From positions 68,071 to 132,070 of the forward strand of contig JAZDPX010000038.1 in NCBI GenBank assembly GCA_043797125.1: DNA of 64,000 nucleotides, given 5' to 3'. This document shows, in pieces, positions 38,775 through 49,373 of this stretch. Position 1 is the stretch's first letter; every line of letters starts with the position of its first letter. The stretch is from Candidatus Omnitrophota bacterium. GTDB taxonomy: Bacteria; Omnitrophota; Gorgyraeia; JABMRG01; JAFGKX01. A model generated the notes under the pieces. It searched no databases and was not told where the DNA came from. It saw only the letters and a list, made by a program, of their open reading frames with translations. The position numbers were made by a program, and so were the translations under genes.

Positions 38775-39838
38775 TTTATGTTCTGCAGCTTTAGTTTTTT
38801 TTCTGCGGCAAGCAGGGCTTTTACTATCTCGTCCAACTCTCCCTCAAGGATGGTGTCCAGCTTGTGCAGGGTTAATCCTATGCGGTGGTCTGTCACTCTT
38901 TTATCAGGGAAATTATAAGTCCTTATCTTCTCGCTTCTATCGCCGGTGCCTACCTGGGTTTTTCTGTCCTGCGATATTTTTTGCTTCTGCTCGCTTTGCA
39001 TTTTATCAAACAGCCTTGCCCTGAGCACCTTCATTGCCTTATTTTTATTTTTAAGCTGGGAACGTTCATCCTGGCATATAACCACTAAATTTGTAGGCAA
39101 ATGCGTAACGCGCACAGCTGAATCAGTGGTATTAACGCCCTGGCCTCCGTGCCCGCCTGAACGATATACATCCACCCTTAAATCTTTAGGCTCGATCTTT
39201 ATTTCCACTTCTTCGGCCTCGGGCAAAACAGCAACCGTAGCCGCGGATGTATGTATCCTGCCGGATCCCTCGGTAGCAGGCACGCGCTGCACGCGGTGAA
39301 CACCGCTTTCATATTTAAGGTTTCTGTATACGTCTTTTCCTTCAACCGCGAATACGATTTCTTTTATGCCGGCGCCTTCTTGCACGGATGTATTCATGAT
39401 TTCTACTTTCCAGCTGTTTTTCTGCGCAAACTTGCTGTACATCCTAAACAAATCAGCGGCAAATAATCCTGCCTCAAGCCCTCCTGTGCCTGCCCTTATT
39501 TCCATTATTGCATTTTTATCCGCGTCAGTATCTTCAAGGGCAAACGCGTCTTCAAGCTCGCACAGAATGGACGAGGACTTCTGTTGGAATTCATCTATCT
39601 CCATCTTCGCAAGGTCTATGAACTCCCTTTCGTGTTTTTCCTCAAGCATGTTTTTAAGTTTTTTTATTTCCTGCTGCAGGCGCAGGTATTCATTATACTT
39701 ACTTACAATACTTGAAAGGGATGCGAGTTCCTTTGCGTATTTGCTGTATAGAGACTTATCCTGCACGACTTTCTGGTCTGCCAGGAGCCCCTCCAGCTCT
39801 TTGTATCTTCTTCTTCTTTCTTCCAACGCCTCAAACAT
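38771..39838 (-). CDS. prfA: Peptide chain release factor 1
   Basis: EIRAGTGG, VPAT (PxT), GGQ, RTYNF. Confidence 0.98.
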   Translation of the reverse strand: MFEALEERRRRYKELEGLLADQKVVQDKSLYSKYAKELASLSSIVSKYNEYLRLQQEIKKLKNMLEEKHEREFIDLAKMEIDEFQQKSSSILCELEDAFALEDTDADKNAIMEIRAGTGGLEAGLFAADLFRMYSKFAQKNSWKVEIMNTSVQEGAGIKEIVFAVEGKDVYRNLKYESGVHRVQRVPATEGSGRIHTSAATVAVLPEAEEVEIKIEPKDLRVDVYRSGGHGGQGVNTTDSAVRVTHLPTNLVVICQDERSQLKNKNKAMKVLRARLFDKMQSEQKQKISQDRKTQVGTGDRSEKIRTYNFPDKRVTDHRIGLTLHKLDTILEGELDEIVKALLAAEKKLKLQNIK

Positions 39839-40042
39839 TTATTCCTGCTTCCCGTATCTTCTCCTAAATTTCTCGACTCTTCCCGCAGAATCAAGCAGTT
39901 TTTGCTTGCCGGTGAAAAACGGGTGGCATTTAGAGCATATATCTATCCTTATGTTTTGTTTTGTAGAACGCGTGTGTATTACCTCTCCGCATGCGCATGT
40001 AATCGTCGTTTGTTTGTATTCCGGGTGTATCTTGTCTTTCAT
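39839..40042 (-). CDS. rpmE: 50S ribosomal protein L31 (zinc-binding type)
   Basis: [19 protein letters not shown]. Confidence 0.97.
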   Translation of the reverse strand: MKDKIHPEYKQTTITCACGEVIHTRSTKQNIRIDICSKCHPFFTGKQKLLDSAGRVEKFRRRYGKQE

Positions 40043-40057
40043 CTTTTCTCCTCTCTG

Positions 40058-40083
40058 CCTTTATCCTTTAACCTTTATCCTTT
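40058..40083. repeat. Heptamer array CCTTTAT/CCTTTAA
   Basis: Same family at 52260..52291. Confidence 0.65.
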
Positions 40084-41330
40084 TACTGATTTATGCTCAT
40101 CAAAAATTCAGCGTTTGTTTTTGTCTTTTTTAGTTTTTCAATCAAAAGCTGCATTGCCTCATCGGTGTTTAATTCATTTAACACCTTTCTCATAAGCCAT
40201 ATGCGCCTTAACTCTTCGTCTTCAAGCAGCAGCTCTTCTTTCCTGGTGTTTGATCTTTTTATATCAATAGCAGGATATATGCGTTTTTGGAAAAGGTTGC
40301 GGTCAAGCTGAAGCTCCATGTTGCCGGTGCCCTTAAACTCTTCGAATATCACTTCATCCATTCGGCTACCAGTATCCACCAGCGCGGTAGCTATAATTGT
40401 TAACGAACCGCCCTCTTCAACATTTCTGGCTGCGCCAAAAAACCTCTTTGGCTTGTGCAAAGCGTTTGAGTCGACGCCGCCCGATAAGATCTTGCCGCTG
40501 TGCGGCACTATGGCATTATAGGCCCTTGCCAGGCGCGTGATGCTGTCCAGCAATATTACGACGTCTTTTTTGCATTCAACAAGCCTTTTGGCCTTTTCCA
40601 GCACAATCTCAGCAACCTGGACGTGGCGCTGCCCGGGCTCATCAAATGTGGAGCTTATAACTTCCCCGTTGACGGAACGCTTCATATCTGTAACTTCCTC
40701 GGGCCGTTCATCAATAAGAAGGACTATGAGAATGGTCTCAGGGTAGTTGGTTGTTATACTATTGGCTATCTTTTGAAGGATTATTGTTTTGCCGCTGTAA
40801 GGAGGGGCGACAATCATGCCTCTTTGTCCTTTGCCTAGCGGGGTTAAAAGGTCCATTATCCTTGTAGATATCTGGGTTGGGTCGCATTCCAGCCTGAACC
40901 TTTCGTGCGGATATAAAGGCGTAAGATTATCAAAAAATATCTTGTCCTTTAACTTGTCCGGATTCTCGTAATCCACTGCCTCGACTTTTAAAAGAGCGAA
41001 ATATCTTTCTCCCTCTTTTGGCGGCCTTACATGCCCGCTTATTATGTCGCCTGTCCTTAAGTTGAACCTCTTTATCTGGCTTGGCGACACATAAATATCG
41101 TCGGGGCAAGGCAGGTAGTTGTAATTCGGCGATCTTAAGAAACCAAAACCATCAGGCAGAACCTCAAGCACTCCCTCGCCGTAGATATTGCCTTCTTTTT
41201 CCACCTGCGCCTGCAATATCTTAAAGATAAGGTCCTGTTTTTTTATGCCTCCGGAACCGTTTACTTTAAGGTCTTTTGCTATTTTACTCAACTCCGCCAC
41301 CTTTTTAGTCTTAAGTTCTTCTAAATCCAT
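40083..41330 (-). CDS. rho: Transcription termination factor Rho
   Basis: [41 protein letters not shown]. Confidence 0.99.
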   Translation of the reverse strand: MDLEELKTKKVAELSKIAKDLKVNGSGGIKKQDLIFKILQAQVEKEGNIYGEGVLEVLPDGFGFLRSPNYNYLPCPDDIYVSPSQIKRFNLRTGDIISGHVRPPKEGERYFALLKVEAVDYENPDKLKDKIFFDNLTPLYPHERFRLECDPTQISTRIMDLLTPLGKGQRGMIVAPPYSGKTIILQKIANSITTNYPETILIVLLIDERPEEVTDMKRSVNGEVISSTFDEPGQRHVQVAEIVLEKAKRLVECKKDVVILLDSITRLARAYNAIVPHSGKILSGGVDSNALHKPKRFFGAARNVEEGGSLTIIATALVDTGSRMDEVIFEEFKGTGNMELQLDRNLFQKRIYPAIDIKRSNTRKEELLLEDEELRRIWLMRKVLNELNTDEAMQLLIEKLKKTKTNAEFLMSINQ

Positions 41331-41910
41331 CTTGTTCCTCCTTGTATATTTTTGTTATCAAGTGTTTAACATCTGATTCCAGCTGTTTGACTGAACCGTT
41401 ATTCGCAATTACATAATCTGCATACTCCTTTTTCTTAGAAATCGGCATTTGCGCTTTTATCCTTTTAAGCGCATCGTTCTTATTCATGTGAAAATGTTTC
41501 ACCGCGCGTCTGCATATATCGGCTGTCGAGGCAGAAACCACAACTACAATATCGCAAAAACCCGTAAGGCCGGCCTCGATAAGCAGCGGCGCGTCAATTA
41601 CTATATACGCGTTTTGGTTTATTTTTAGCTTTTCCTTGGCGGAGTTTTTAATTTCAAATATGACTTTCGGATGAATAATATCGCAAAGAACCTTCAATTT
41701 TTTGGAATCAGAAAAAACGACGCGCGCTAAGAATCTTCTGTCAGCCCTGCCAAAATGCGCTAAAACTTGTTTTTGCGCGCTATCGTTGTTTTCAAGCACA
41801 TCGTGCGCGATCTTGTCGGCATCGAGCAATTCGGCATGCAAAGCCTTAGCAACCATCTTCGCAACGGTGCTTTTACCCGACGCAAACCCTCCAGTAACCC
41901 CTATTATCAT
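41311..41910 (-). CDS. coaE: Dephospho-CoA kinase
   Basis: [30 protein letters not shown]. Confidence 0.95.
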   Translation of the reverse strand: MIIGVTGGFASGKSTVAKMVAKALHAELLDADKIAHDVLENNDSAQKQVLAHFGRADRRFLARVVFSDSKKLKVLCDIIHPKVIFEIKNSAKEKLKINQNAYIVIDAPLLIEAGLTGFCDIVVVVSASTADICRRAVKHFHMNKNDALKRIKAQMPISKKKEYADYVIANNGSVKQLESDVKHLITKIYKEEQDGFRRT

Positions 41911-41915
41911 ATAAT

Positions 41916-44576
41916 CTAACACTCCGCCCAGTTATTCCCCGTCTTAATCGTTACTTCGACAGGAACTTTTAATTTAACCGCATTTTCCATTTTTGACTTG
42001 ACCAAACTGCCAAGTTTATCTTTTTCCCTTTCCAGCGCATCAAATACAAGCTCATCATGAACCTGCAAAATCATTTTGGATTTAAAGTCCTGCTGCAGCA
42101 TCTCGTTGTAAATCTCTATCATGGCTATTTTTATCAGGTCCGCGGCAGAACCCTGTATAGGAGTATTTATGGCCGTCCTTTCCGCAAACTGCCTTATTGT
42201 TTGATTCGGCGAATTTATTTCGGGTATAAACCTGCATCTGCCCAGCATGGTGGTTACATAATATTTTTCCCTGGCCAAAACCAACACGCTATCCAGGTAT
42301 TCTCTGACTGTTTTGTATTTATCGAAATATGCGTCAATAAAAATCTTGGCTTCTTCCGGCGTAATATCCAGTTCTTTGGATAAACCGTATGGGCTCATGC
42401 CGTATATTATTCCAAAATTGACTGTCTTAGCCTGGTTTCTCTGTATTTGGGTCACTTTTTCCTGCGGGCAATTAAAAATTAAAGATGCTGTATGGCGGTG
42501 TATATCGTCCTTGTTTCTAAACGCGGTTATCAGTTCTTCGTCGCCGGACAAATGCGCCAATATCCGCAATTCTATCTGAGAATAATCGGCTGACAGAAGA
42601 ATCCCTCTCTTTTCGGAACATATAAAGGCCTTTCTTATCCTTCTGCCCTCTTGCGTCCTTGTCGGTATGTTTTGCAAATTCGGGTCTGAAGAACTTAAGC
42701 GGCCTGTCGCGGTGACTGTCTGGTTAAAGGACGTGTGCACCTTGTGCGTCTTGGGATTCATCAACTGCGGCAGCGCGTCAACATATGTGGATTGCAGTTT
42801 TGAAAGCTCTCTGTATTCCAAAAGCAGGCTGCAAATCGCGTGTTCCTTCGCCAGCTTGGTCAGGACTTCCACATCGGTGGAAATTCCCGTCTTTGTCTTT
42901 TTCACAACGGGGAGCTTCAGGTTTTCAAACAAAATAACGGCAAGCTGCTTCGGGGAATTAAGATTAAATTCGCTTCCTGCAATTTCATAAATTTGAGAAG
43001 CTATTGTTCCCAGCCGCGAATGCATCTGCGCGGAAATCTCTTCCAAAACTTTCTTATCGATCGAGACGCCGCTGTATTCCATACAGGCAAGCACCTTGAC
43101 AAGCGGCATATCCACTTCGCAGAATAATTTAAACAAATCCTTTTCCTTTAATCTTTTTTCCAAGAGCTGCTTAAGCCTGAAAGTTACGTCGCTGTCCTCG
43201 CAGCAGTAATCGCAAACCAAAGCCGGCTCGACCTTATCCATTGTGATCGCGGACTTACCTTTTCCGATAAGCTGGGTAATGGGCGTGGGCTTATAATCAA
43301 GGTATTCTATGGATATATCCGACAGGTTATGATTAGCCTTTGAAGGATTAAGCAGGTATGAGGCTACCATCGTGTCAAAATATACGCCCCGCAAATCTAT
43401 TGAGTTGTTGGATAAAAGCAGTATTTCGTATTTTATATTCTGCCCTATTTTTTTAATTGCCTCATTTTCAAAAAACGGCTTCAAAAGCCCGAGAACCTCC
43501 CTTGTGTTAAGTGATAAATTTTGCTTTGCCTGCGCGAAAGATATATATTGCGCATGAGTCTCTTTAAAACAAAAAGACACGCCTACAAGCTCGGCAATCA
43601 TCGGGTCTGTGCTGGTTGTCTCAAAATCAAACGCAACCTCCCCCGCCTTGCTAAGCTGGGCAATCAGCCGACTTAAGCTTTCTTTGTCGTTTATCATCCT
43701 GTAATCTTTTTGTATTGCTTTGCTTGAGGCAAATTCCGATAAGAGGTTCTTGAACTCCAATTCCTTGAAAATCTGGTAAAGCCGTTCCTTGTCAGGCTCC
43801 CCCAATTTTAATTTAGAAAAATCTATATCTATATCAACTGCTTCGTCTATGGTAGCCAAGGCCTTGCTTAAATAAGCCTGCTCCTTAAATTTCTCAAGCA
43901 GCGCTTTTCTGGCCTTGCTCTTAACAGTTTCAAGGCCCTCATATAATTTGTCTAAGCTTTTGTATTCTTTTATCAATTCCACGGCTGTTTTTTCTCCTAT
44001 GCCCGTCACTCCGGGAATATTATCGCTGGTATCGCCCATTAGCGCCATTATATCGACCATTGATTCGGGCCTCACGCCATATCTTGCTATAACTTCTTTT
44101 TCGTCATATATAAGGCCGTCTGCATGCGTGCTGTATATAAAAACATGCTCGCCTACAAGCTGCAAGGCATCTTTGTCGCCTGTTGCTATAAAAACATCTA
44201 TCTCGCTTTTCGAGGCGGCCTTAGCCAATGTGCCTATTATGTCATCTGCCTCAAAACCGTCTTTTTCATAAATAGCTATATTGTAGGCAGCCAGAACATC
44301 TTTAATAATCGGCATCTGCTGCACTAGATCATCCGGCATTGGCTTACGATGAATCTTATATTTGTCATATTTTTCGTGCCTGAATGTAGGTTTTGGCCTG
44401 TCAAAACACACCCCCACGTAATCAGGGCTGTGTTCCTGTATAATTTTCCTTAACATACTAATAAAACCATACACCGCATTAGTAGGCAAGCCCTTAGAGT
44501 TAGCCAGGCCTTTTATAGCATAGTACGCGCGGTAACAGAAGGAGTTACCGTCTATTAAAAACAGTTTCTTCCCCAT
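41916..44576 (-). CDS. polA: DNA polymerase I
   Basis: 5'-3' exonuclease (IDG, EADD), 3'-5' exonuclease (DFET), polymerase motifs ADYSQIELR, KTVNFGIIYG, QVHDE. Confidence 0.99.
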   Translation of the reverse strand: MGKKLFLIDGNSFCYRAYYAIKGLANSKGLPTNAVYGFISMLRKIIQEHSPDYVGVCFDRPKPTFRHEKYDKYKIHRKPMPDDLVQQMPIIKDVLAAYNIAIYEKDGFEADDIIGTLAKAASKSEIDVFIATGDKDALQLVGEHVFIYSTHADGLIYDEKEVIARYGVRPESMVDIMALMGDTSDNIPGVTGIGEKTAVELIKEYKSLDKLYEGLETVKSKARKALLEKFKEQAYLSKALATIDEAVDIDIDFSKLKLGEPDKERLYQIFKELEFKNLLSEFASSKAIQKDYRMINDKESLSRLIAQLSKAGEVAFDFETTSTDPMIAELVGVSFCFKETHAQYISFAQAKQNLSLNTREVLGLLKPFFENEAIKKIGQNIKYEILLLSNNSIDLRGVYFDTMVASYLLNPSKANHNLSDISIEYLDYKPTPITQLIGKGKSAITMDKVEPALVCDYCCEDSDVTFRLKQLLEKRLKEKDLFKLFCEVDMPLVKVLACMEYSGVSIDKKVLEEISAQMHSRLGTIASQIYEIAGSEFNLNSPKQLAVILFENLKLPVVKKTKTGISTDVEVLTKLAKEHAICSLLLEYRELSKLQSTYVDALPQLMNPKTHKVHTSFNQTVTATGRLSSSDPNLQNIPTRTQEGRRIRKAFICSEKRGILLSADYSQIELRILAHLSGDEELITAFRNKDDIHRHTASLIFNCPQEKVTQIQRNQAKTVNFGIIYGMSPYGLSKELDITPEEAKIFIDAYFDKYKTVREYLDSVLVLAREKYYVTTMLGRCRFIPEINSPNQTIRQFAERTAINTPIQGSAADLIKIAMIEIYNEMLQQDFKSKMILQVHDELVFDALEREKDKLGSLVKSKMENAVKLKVPVEVTIKTGNNWAEC

Positions 44577-44616
44577 ATGTATATTGAGTTTATTTTAGGT
44601 ATGTTAGATAGAGCAC

Positions 44617-45393
44617 CTAACGGGAAAGGTTAAGTTCAGGCAAACTCTCTATCTCATCATAGCATTCATTCAAGGAGTCTGAGAGGTCTTCCAGCTCATA
44701 AGTTGCATCCACAAACCACATTATTCTATCTTTATTTTTTGGGTCTAATTTATAGCAAAGATTGTAATAATTCTTAGCGCCGTTATAATCTCCTGCCTGG
44801 CAGCGCAAAAGCGCCTGCTCCAGCAGATAACCGACTGTCAGGCCTTCTGTCTGTTTTGACTTCTTATCATAATCCGATACAATATCTGCCATTTTAACCT
44901 TAATAGACTCTATCTCATCCTGCTTTAAATTTATCTTATGCTGGATAAGCGCCAGATTATGATATACCTTCGCAGGTTCATGATAGGGCAATATCTTTAA
45001 TGCCTCTTCAAAATTAACCGCTGCCTTCTGGAATTCGCCTTTATTATAACAGATTTTCCCTTTATCAAAATACTCATTGGCGAGATACACCTGCTTATCA
45101 GAGGTTGCTGTCTTAAGATATTCTTGCGCTGGTTGGTAAGAAGGTTCTAGTCTTAGAACCTCATTAAAACTCGCGATAGCTTCGTCAAATTTATCTCTAA
45201 GCAAAAATTCTCTTCCTCTATTATAATATGTAGCGATTAAATCCGCTCTTTCCTGCGCCTGTTCAACGGAAAGGCCCAAGCGCTCTTGGGCAGCGTCATC
45301 CCTGTAAGTAGCGGCTTCTGCTATATAACAAAATAATAAAGATAATGAAAAGACTAATATATATGGTATTAATATTGTTTTTGGCAAGCGCAT
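44617..45393 (-). CDS. Exported tetratricopeptide repeat protein
   Basis: Signal peptide; YYNRG...AIASFNEVLRLEP and YFDKG...FEEALKILP TPRs. Confidence 0.8.
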   Translation of the reverse strand: MRLPKTILIPYILVFSLSLLFCYIAEAATYRDDAAQERLGLSVEQAQERADLIATYYNRGREFLLRDKFDEAIASFNEVLRLEPSYQPAQEYLKTATSDKQVYLANEYFDKGKICYNKGEFQKAAVNFEEALKILPYHEPAKVYHNLALIQHKINLKQDEIESIKVKMADIVSDYDKKSKQTEGLTVGYLLEQALLRCQAGDYNGAKNYYNLCYKLDPKNKDRIMWFVDATYELEDLSDSLNECYDEIESLPELNLSR

Positions 45394-45416
45394 ACAATAT
45401 CCCTTTTGCAAGTATT

Positions 45417-45445
45417 AGTATAATATAACCTGCTAATTATGTCAA
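45417..45445 (-). promoter_or_regulatory. Sigma70-type promoter
   Basis: TTGACA-N17-TATACT. Confidence 0.55.
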
Positions 45446-45455
45446 GTTTTTACAC

Positions 45456-45794
45456 TTAACTTATATTTCTTATAATTATAAAAAGTAGGACCGCGATAAC
45501 CAAGATAGCCAACATATAAAAATCATTGAAATAAAATAGATCCTTAATATAATCTAACGCCGGAGATTCTTTATGCCGGGAGCAGTTGTCCTTAGTATTT
45601 AAGTTTGTGCGGGTATTTTGAGAATGTGAACCATATTTATAATTCTGGAGATTTTCTAATTTAAACCTAAGATACATACCGCCAATTTGGTAAGCTATGA
45701 TTTCTTCGGCTTTTACCAACTGCTTAATCTCTTCTTCGGTTTTGCCTAAAAAATCAGCGGCTTCCTTTATATTTAGTAAGCGTTCCTTATCCAT
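45456..45794 (-). CDS. Excisionase-like HTH_17 protein with C-terminal TM helix
   Basis: LLNIKEAADFLG...IIAYQIGGMYLRF; C-terminal FYFNDFYMLAILVIAVLLFIII. Confidence 0.8.
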   Translation of the reverse strand: MDKERLLNIKEAADFLGKTEEEIKQLVKAEEIIAYQIGGMYLRFKLENLQNYKYGSHSQNTRTNLNTKDNCSRHKESPALDYIKDLFYFNDFYMLAILVIAVLLFIIIRNIS

Positions 45795-45805
45795 GCTTAA
45801 AAAAG

Positions 45806-46348
45806 CTACTTGACCCTCTCTTTTGAAATCCACTCGTCAATAATTGCCTTATCAAATTGCCAGTTGTCATTTTCTCTTCTTGCCGGGATTTTTCCTTGGG
45901 ATGCCCATTCATTTACAACGGCCGTGGTTACTTCAAGGTAATTGGCCACTTCATTCAGATTTAAAATTTTTGATGCAACGTCGATATTGCCTGATGACGA
46001 ATTCATCTGGCACCTACCATGAAAAATGGCGCCTTCTGCAATGCTCAACACCGGGGCCTGCATGTCTCCTGTTATGTGCGCCGGCGCGATAACCTTAAGC
46101 TTCGTCTTGGCGGTAATATTTCCAATAACAGTCCCTGCTATTGTAATATCGTCGCCGACTATTTCCGCTTTTACAACCGCGCTATGGCTTATAGTCAGGC
46201 TGCCGCGCGTATTCAGGGCGCCTTCAAAATTACCGTTTATTCTCAAATTAACAGGATCCTTAAAAACTAATGTCCCCTGCATGCTGGCATCAACATCAAG
46301 GACTTTCTCTTCTATAACTTTATTTCTTTTACCCATTAGCTTTGGCAT
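45806..46348 (-). CDS. Bactofilin (polymer-forming cytoskeletal protein) fused to C-terminal HTH_17
   Basis: Beta-helix LRINGNFEG...IAEGAIFHGRCQM followed by LNLNEVANYLEV...WASQGKIPA...WQF. Confidence 0.88.
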   Translation of the reverse strand: MPKLMGKRNKVIEEKVLDVDASMQGTLVFKDPVNLRINGNFEGALNTRGSLTISHSAVVKAEIVGDDITIAGTVIGNITAKTKLKVIAPAHITGDMQAPVLSIAEGAIFHGRCQMNSSSGNIDVASKILNLNEVANYLEVTTAVVNEWASQGKIPARRENDNWQFDKAIIDEWISKERVK

Positions 46349-46366
46349 ATTTTCACCCCCTTTATA

Positions 46367-46465
46367 TACACAGATGATCGCAGATTAGAAGAAATGGATG
46401 ATCACAGATTTTTTCCCAACGACATCTGTGATAATCTTGCATCTTTTAATCTGTGCTAATCTGTG
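46367..46465. repeat. About 100-bp palindromic CACAGAT-unit element, copy 1
   Basis: TACACAGATGATCGCAGAT...ATCTGTGCTAATCTGTG; inverted similar copy at 56312..56406. Confidence 0.8.
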
Positions 46466-46492
46466 CTACCTTTACGACACCCTATTAATTCT

Positions 46493-46521
46493 ATTATAAT
46501 ATTATTTCAACACAGAGTCAA
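46493..46521 (-). promoter_or_regulatory. Sigma70-type promoter for the bactofilin operon
   Basis: TTGACT-N17-TATAAT. Confidence 0.6.
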
Positions 46522-46988
46522 AAGGTTTCGTCTTGAGAACCTGTTTCCTTGTTTCTGCCTTTTTTTGAAATTTTTGCTTCTATTTTACTAAGAAATAAAA
46601 GGCTTAGCAAAATAATAACCGAGGTAAAGACCGCGGCCCAATAAAAACCTGAGCCCACAGCAAGGCCAACGCCTGCAATTGCCCAAAGGCTTGCGGCGGT
46701 AGTAAGGCCCTTTACGGTTGCCTTGGATCTTAGTATTGTGCCCGCACCTAAAAATCCTACGCCGGTAACAACCTGCGCCGCTATCCTCGCAGGGTCGATA
46801 CTGGTAAGGCCATGGTACACATCGAACATATGTATTGAAGTAAGCATCATAAGGCATGAGCCGACACAGACTAATATATGGGTTCTAAAACCCGCAACGC
46901 GGCCTTGTATCTCTCTCTCAAGCCCGACCGCTCCTCCTAGAATCGTCGCTAAAATTAACCGCACTAATACCTGCATGTTCCCTAACAT
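46518..46988 (-). CDS. MgtC/SapB family membrane protein
   Basis: GLERE, AGFRTH, RIAAQVVTGVGFLGAG, GLTTAASLW; AGGAGG before ATG 46988. Confidence 0.93.
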   Translation of the reverse strand: MLGNMQVLVRLILATILGGAVGLEREIQGRVAGFRTHILVCVGSCLMMLTSIHMFDVYHGLTSIDPARIAAQVVTGVGFLGAGTILRSKATVKGLTTAASLWAIAGVGLAVGSGFYWAAVFTSVIILLSLLFLSKIEAKISKKGRNKETGSQDETF

Positions 46989-47003
46989 TATTGCCTCCTG
47001 CGT

Positions 47004-47097
47004 GGGGACGGTTCTCACCCAAGCGTGAGAAGTGTCCCCACTATATTGTTTTTACTGGTTAGGGGACATTTCTCACGCTTGGGTGAGAACCGTCCCC
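47004..47097. repeat. Inverted doublet of 36-nt REP-like units (REPIN-like), overlapping the tsaD 3' end
   Basis: GGGGACGGTTCTCACCCAAGCGTGAGAAGTGTCCCC and its reverse complement (1 mismatch) 22 nt apart. Confidence 0.85.
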
Positions 47098-48093
47098 AAT
47101 GTTTAAATTCGGCTCTGCTTCAAGCGAATAATCGCTGCGCAGGCCTTCCTTATATAACCTATATCCCGCGGCCGCTACCATGGCGGCGTTATCCGTGCCA
47201 AGCCCGGTTTCGGGAAATAACACTTGTATACAATCACCTTTTGCTCTATCAATAAACATTTGCTGCAATGTTCTGTTAACGCTCACGCCTCCGCCAACCA
47301 GAAGCTGGGCCGCGTTTGTTCCCTTGGCCGCGTTAACAGCCTTATCCACTATGACATAAAAAATTGCCTTTTGAAAACTGGCGCATATATCATTTATATT
47401 GACTTGTTTTTTTCCCTGGCTTTGCTTTCTTATATAATAAAGTAAAGCGGTCTTTACGCCGCTAAAACTAAAATCAAAAGAGCCTTTTTCAAGAAATGCC
47501 ATTGGAAAATCCACAGCATCGGGATTTCCGCTTTTTGCCTTTTCTTCTACTATTGGTCCGCCGGGATAACCAAGCCCTAATATCTTCGCAGCCTTGTCAA
47601 ATGCCTCTCCCGCGGCGTCGTCGCGCGTCTGGCCAAGAAGCGTAAGGTCATTATAATTTTTAATAAGCGCTAAAGTTGTGTGGCCTCCTGAAACTACCAG
47701 ACCTATGCATGGAAATTTAATATTCCCCTTTAGCATGCAGGAATATATGTGCGCGTACAGATGATTTACGCCGATAAGCGGAATTTTTAAAGCCAGGCCC
47801 AATGCCTTAGCAGATGATATCCCTATCAGCAAGGCCCCTGCTAATCCAGGGCCGTAAGTTACAGCTATAAGCTCGATTTTTGAAAGATCCGCCGATGCTG
47901 CCTCAAGAGCGTCTTTGATAACATAATCGATGCACTCCAGGTGATGCCTGCACGCTATCTCCGGCACTACGCCTCCGTACTGCTTGTGCAGCTGGAGGCT
48001 AGAGGCAATTTTGTTCGACAGTATTTCTACGCCATCCTTAACGACAGACGCGGATGTTTCATCGCAAGATGTTTCTATGCCAAGCGTTAACAT
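47059..48093 (-). CDS. tsaD: tRNA N6-adenosine threonylcarbamoyltransferase
   Basis: GIETSCDET, GGVVPE, HLYAH, SGGHT, DDAAGEAFDK, TDNAAM. Confidence 0.98.
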   Translation of the reverse strand: MLTLGIETSCDETSASVVKDGVEILSNKIASSLQLHKQYGGVVPEIACRHHLECIDYVIKDALEAASADLSKIELIAVTYGPGLAGALLIGISSAKALGLALKIPLIGVNHLYAHIYSCMLKGNIKFPCIGLVVSGGHTTLALIKNYNDLTLLGQTRDDAAGEAFDKAAKILGLGYPGGPIVEEKAKSGNPDAVDFPMAFLEKGSFDFSFSGVKTALLYYIRKQSQGKKQVNINDICASFQKAIFYVIVDKAVNAAKGTNAAQLLVGGGVSVNRTLQQMFIDRAKGDCIQVLFPETGLGTDNAAMVAAAGYRLYKEGLRSDYSLEAEPNLNIGDGSHPSVRNVP

Positions 48094-49373
48094 TATTTTT
48101 CCTTACTGAATGAACGGTATACGTTAATACCCTTAATAAGCTCAACAGCAGATTCAACCTGATTATCCTGCCTTAGCTTATTTATTCTCAAATTTATGTT
48201 ATCAATCTTGAGTTTATCAAAAATGCCCAATGTTTCTTCGACCTCTTCTTCCGTAGGCATTTGTTTTTTTAATAAAACATCGGGCATAATGCCTACATTG
48301 TGTATCTGCTCGCCGTTTGGGGTGTAATACTTGCTGGTGGTAAGCCTTATCGCAGAATTATCCCTTAACGGTATAACTGTCTGCACAGACGCCTTGCCGA
48401 AGGTAGGCGTGCCTAAGATCAGGCCTCTTTTATTATCCTTTATCGCGCCGGCCACTATTTCGGAGGCGCTTGCGCTGCCTTTATTAACCAGCACGACTAT
48501 GGGAAAATCAACACGCGCGCGATTATTTTTTGATTTAAACACCTCGTTCTGGCTGTCAACCTTGCCCTTTATGGATACTATGACCGAATCTTTTGGCAAA
48601 AATTGTTCCGCAACCTGCAAGGAAGATTCAAGAAGGCCTCCGGGGTTATTTCTTAAGTCAAGTATAAGCCCGCCGAGTTTTCCTTTTTTCTCAATGCTGC
48701 GCAGCGCCTTTTCAAGTTCCTGCGCTGTCCTTTGCTGAAAATCAGTAATGCGTATATATCCAACATTGTCCTCTAATATTAAAGCGTACTTAACAGATTT
48801 AACTTTTATAAGGGCTCTCTTTAGAACATAATCGCGAAGCGCCTCTTCATCCTCGCGCAATATGGTCAAGGTGATTTTTGTGCCGGGAAGCCCGCGCATC
48901 TTTTTAATGCATTCGTCCAGGCTTAATTCTTCGGTAGACTCGCCGTCTATTCTTATTATCCTATAGCCGGGCATTATGCCTGCCTTTTCAGCAGGAGTGC
49001 CTTCCAACGGAGTTATTATAGTCAATAAATTATCTTCAATACTAATCTCAATGCCTAAACCGCCGAATTCGCCGCCTGTATCTATCTTTATCTCCTCGTA
49101 CTGGTCCGGGGTAAGAAAACCGCTGTGAGTATCCAAAGACTGAAGCATCCCTTTTAGCGCGCCATATATCAAAGCATTCGGGTCCACCTTATCAACATAA
49201 TTTGCATTTATTATGGATATGGCATCTGCAAATAATTCGAGCTGGGTGTATATATTTTCCCTGGAAAGGGCATCGGCCTGTTCGGGTTCCTTGGGCAAGA
49301 CATTGACCGTGTAGGCGCAAATGCCTAAAATAAGTGCTGTAACAACTAAAAAGAAGGACCTTCTATTTCTCAT
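48093..49373 (-). CDS. ctpA: Carboxyl-terminal processing protease (S41A, PDZ)
   Basis: FGGLG PDZ loop, LDLRNNPGG, SASASE, TFGK. Confidence 0.93.
   Translation of the reverse strand: MRNRRSFFLVVTALILGICAYTVNVLPKEPEQADALSRENIYTQLELFADAISIINANYVDKVDPNALIYGALKGMLQSLDTHSGFLTPDQYEEIKIDTGGEFGGLGIEISIEDNLLTIITPLEGTPAEKAGIMPGYRIIRIDGESTEELSLDECIKKMRGLPGTKITLTILREDEEALRDYVLKRALIKVKSVKYALILEDNVGYIRITDFQQRTAQELEKALRSIEKKGKLGGLILDLRNNPGGLLESSLQVAEQFLPKDSVIVSIKGKVDSQNEVFKSKNNRARVDFPIVVLVNKGSASASEIVAGAIKDNKRGLILGTPTFGKASVQTVIPLRDNSAIRLTTSKYYTPNGEQIHNVGIMPDVLLKKQMPTEEEVEETLGIFDKLKIDNINLRINKLRQDNQVESAVELIKGINVYRSFSKEK

Noticed and set aside
45456-46348. Excisionase-like HTH genes as a prophage or ICE remnant
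   Set aside because: No integrase, att sites or phage genes; the domains are fused to bactofilin or a TM helix in a core-gene context
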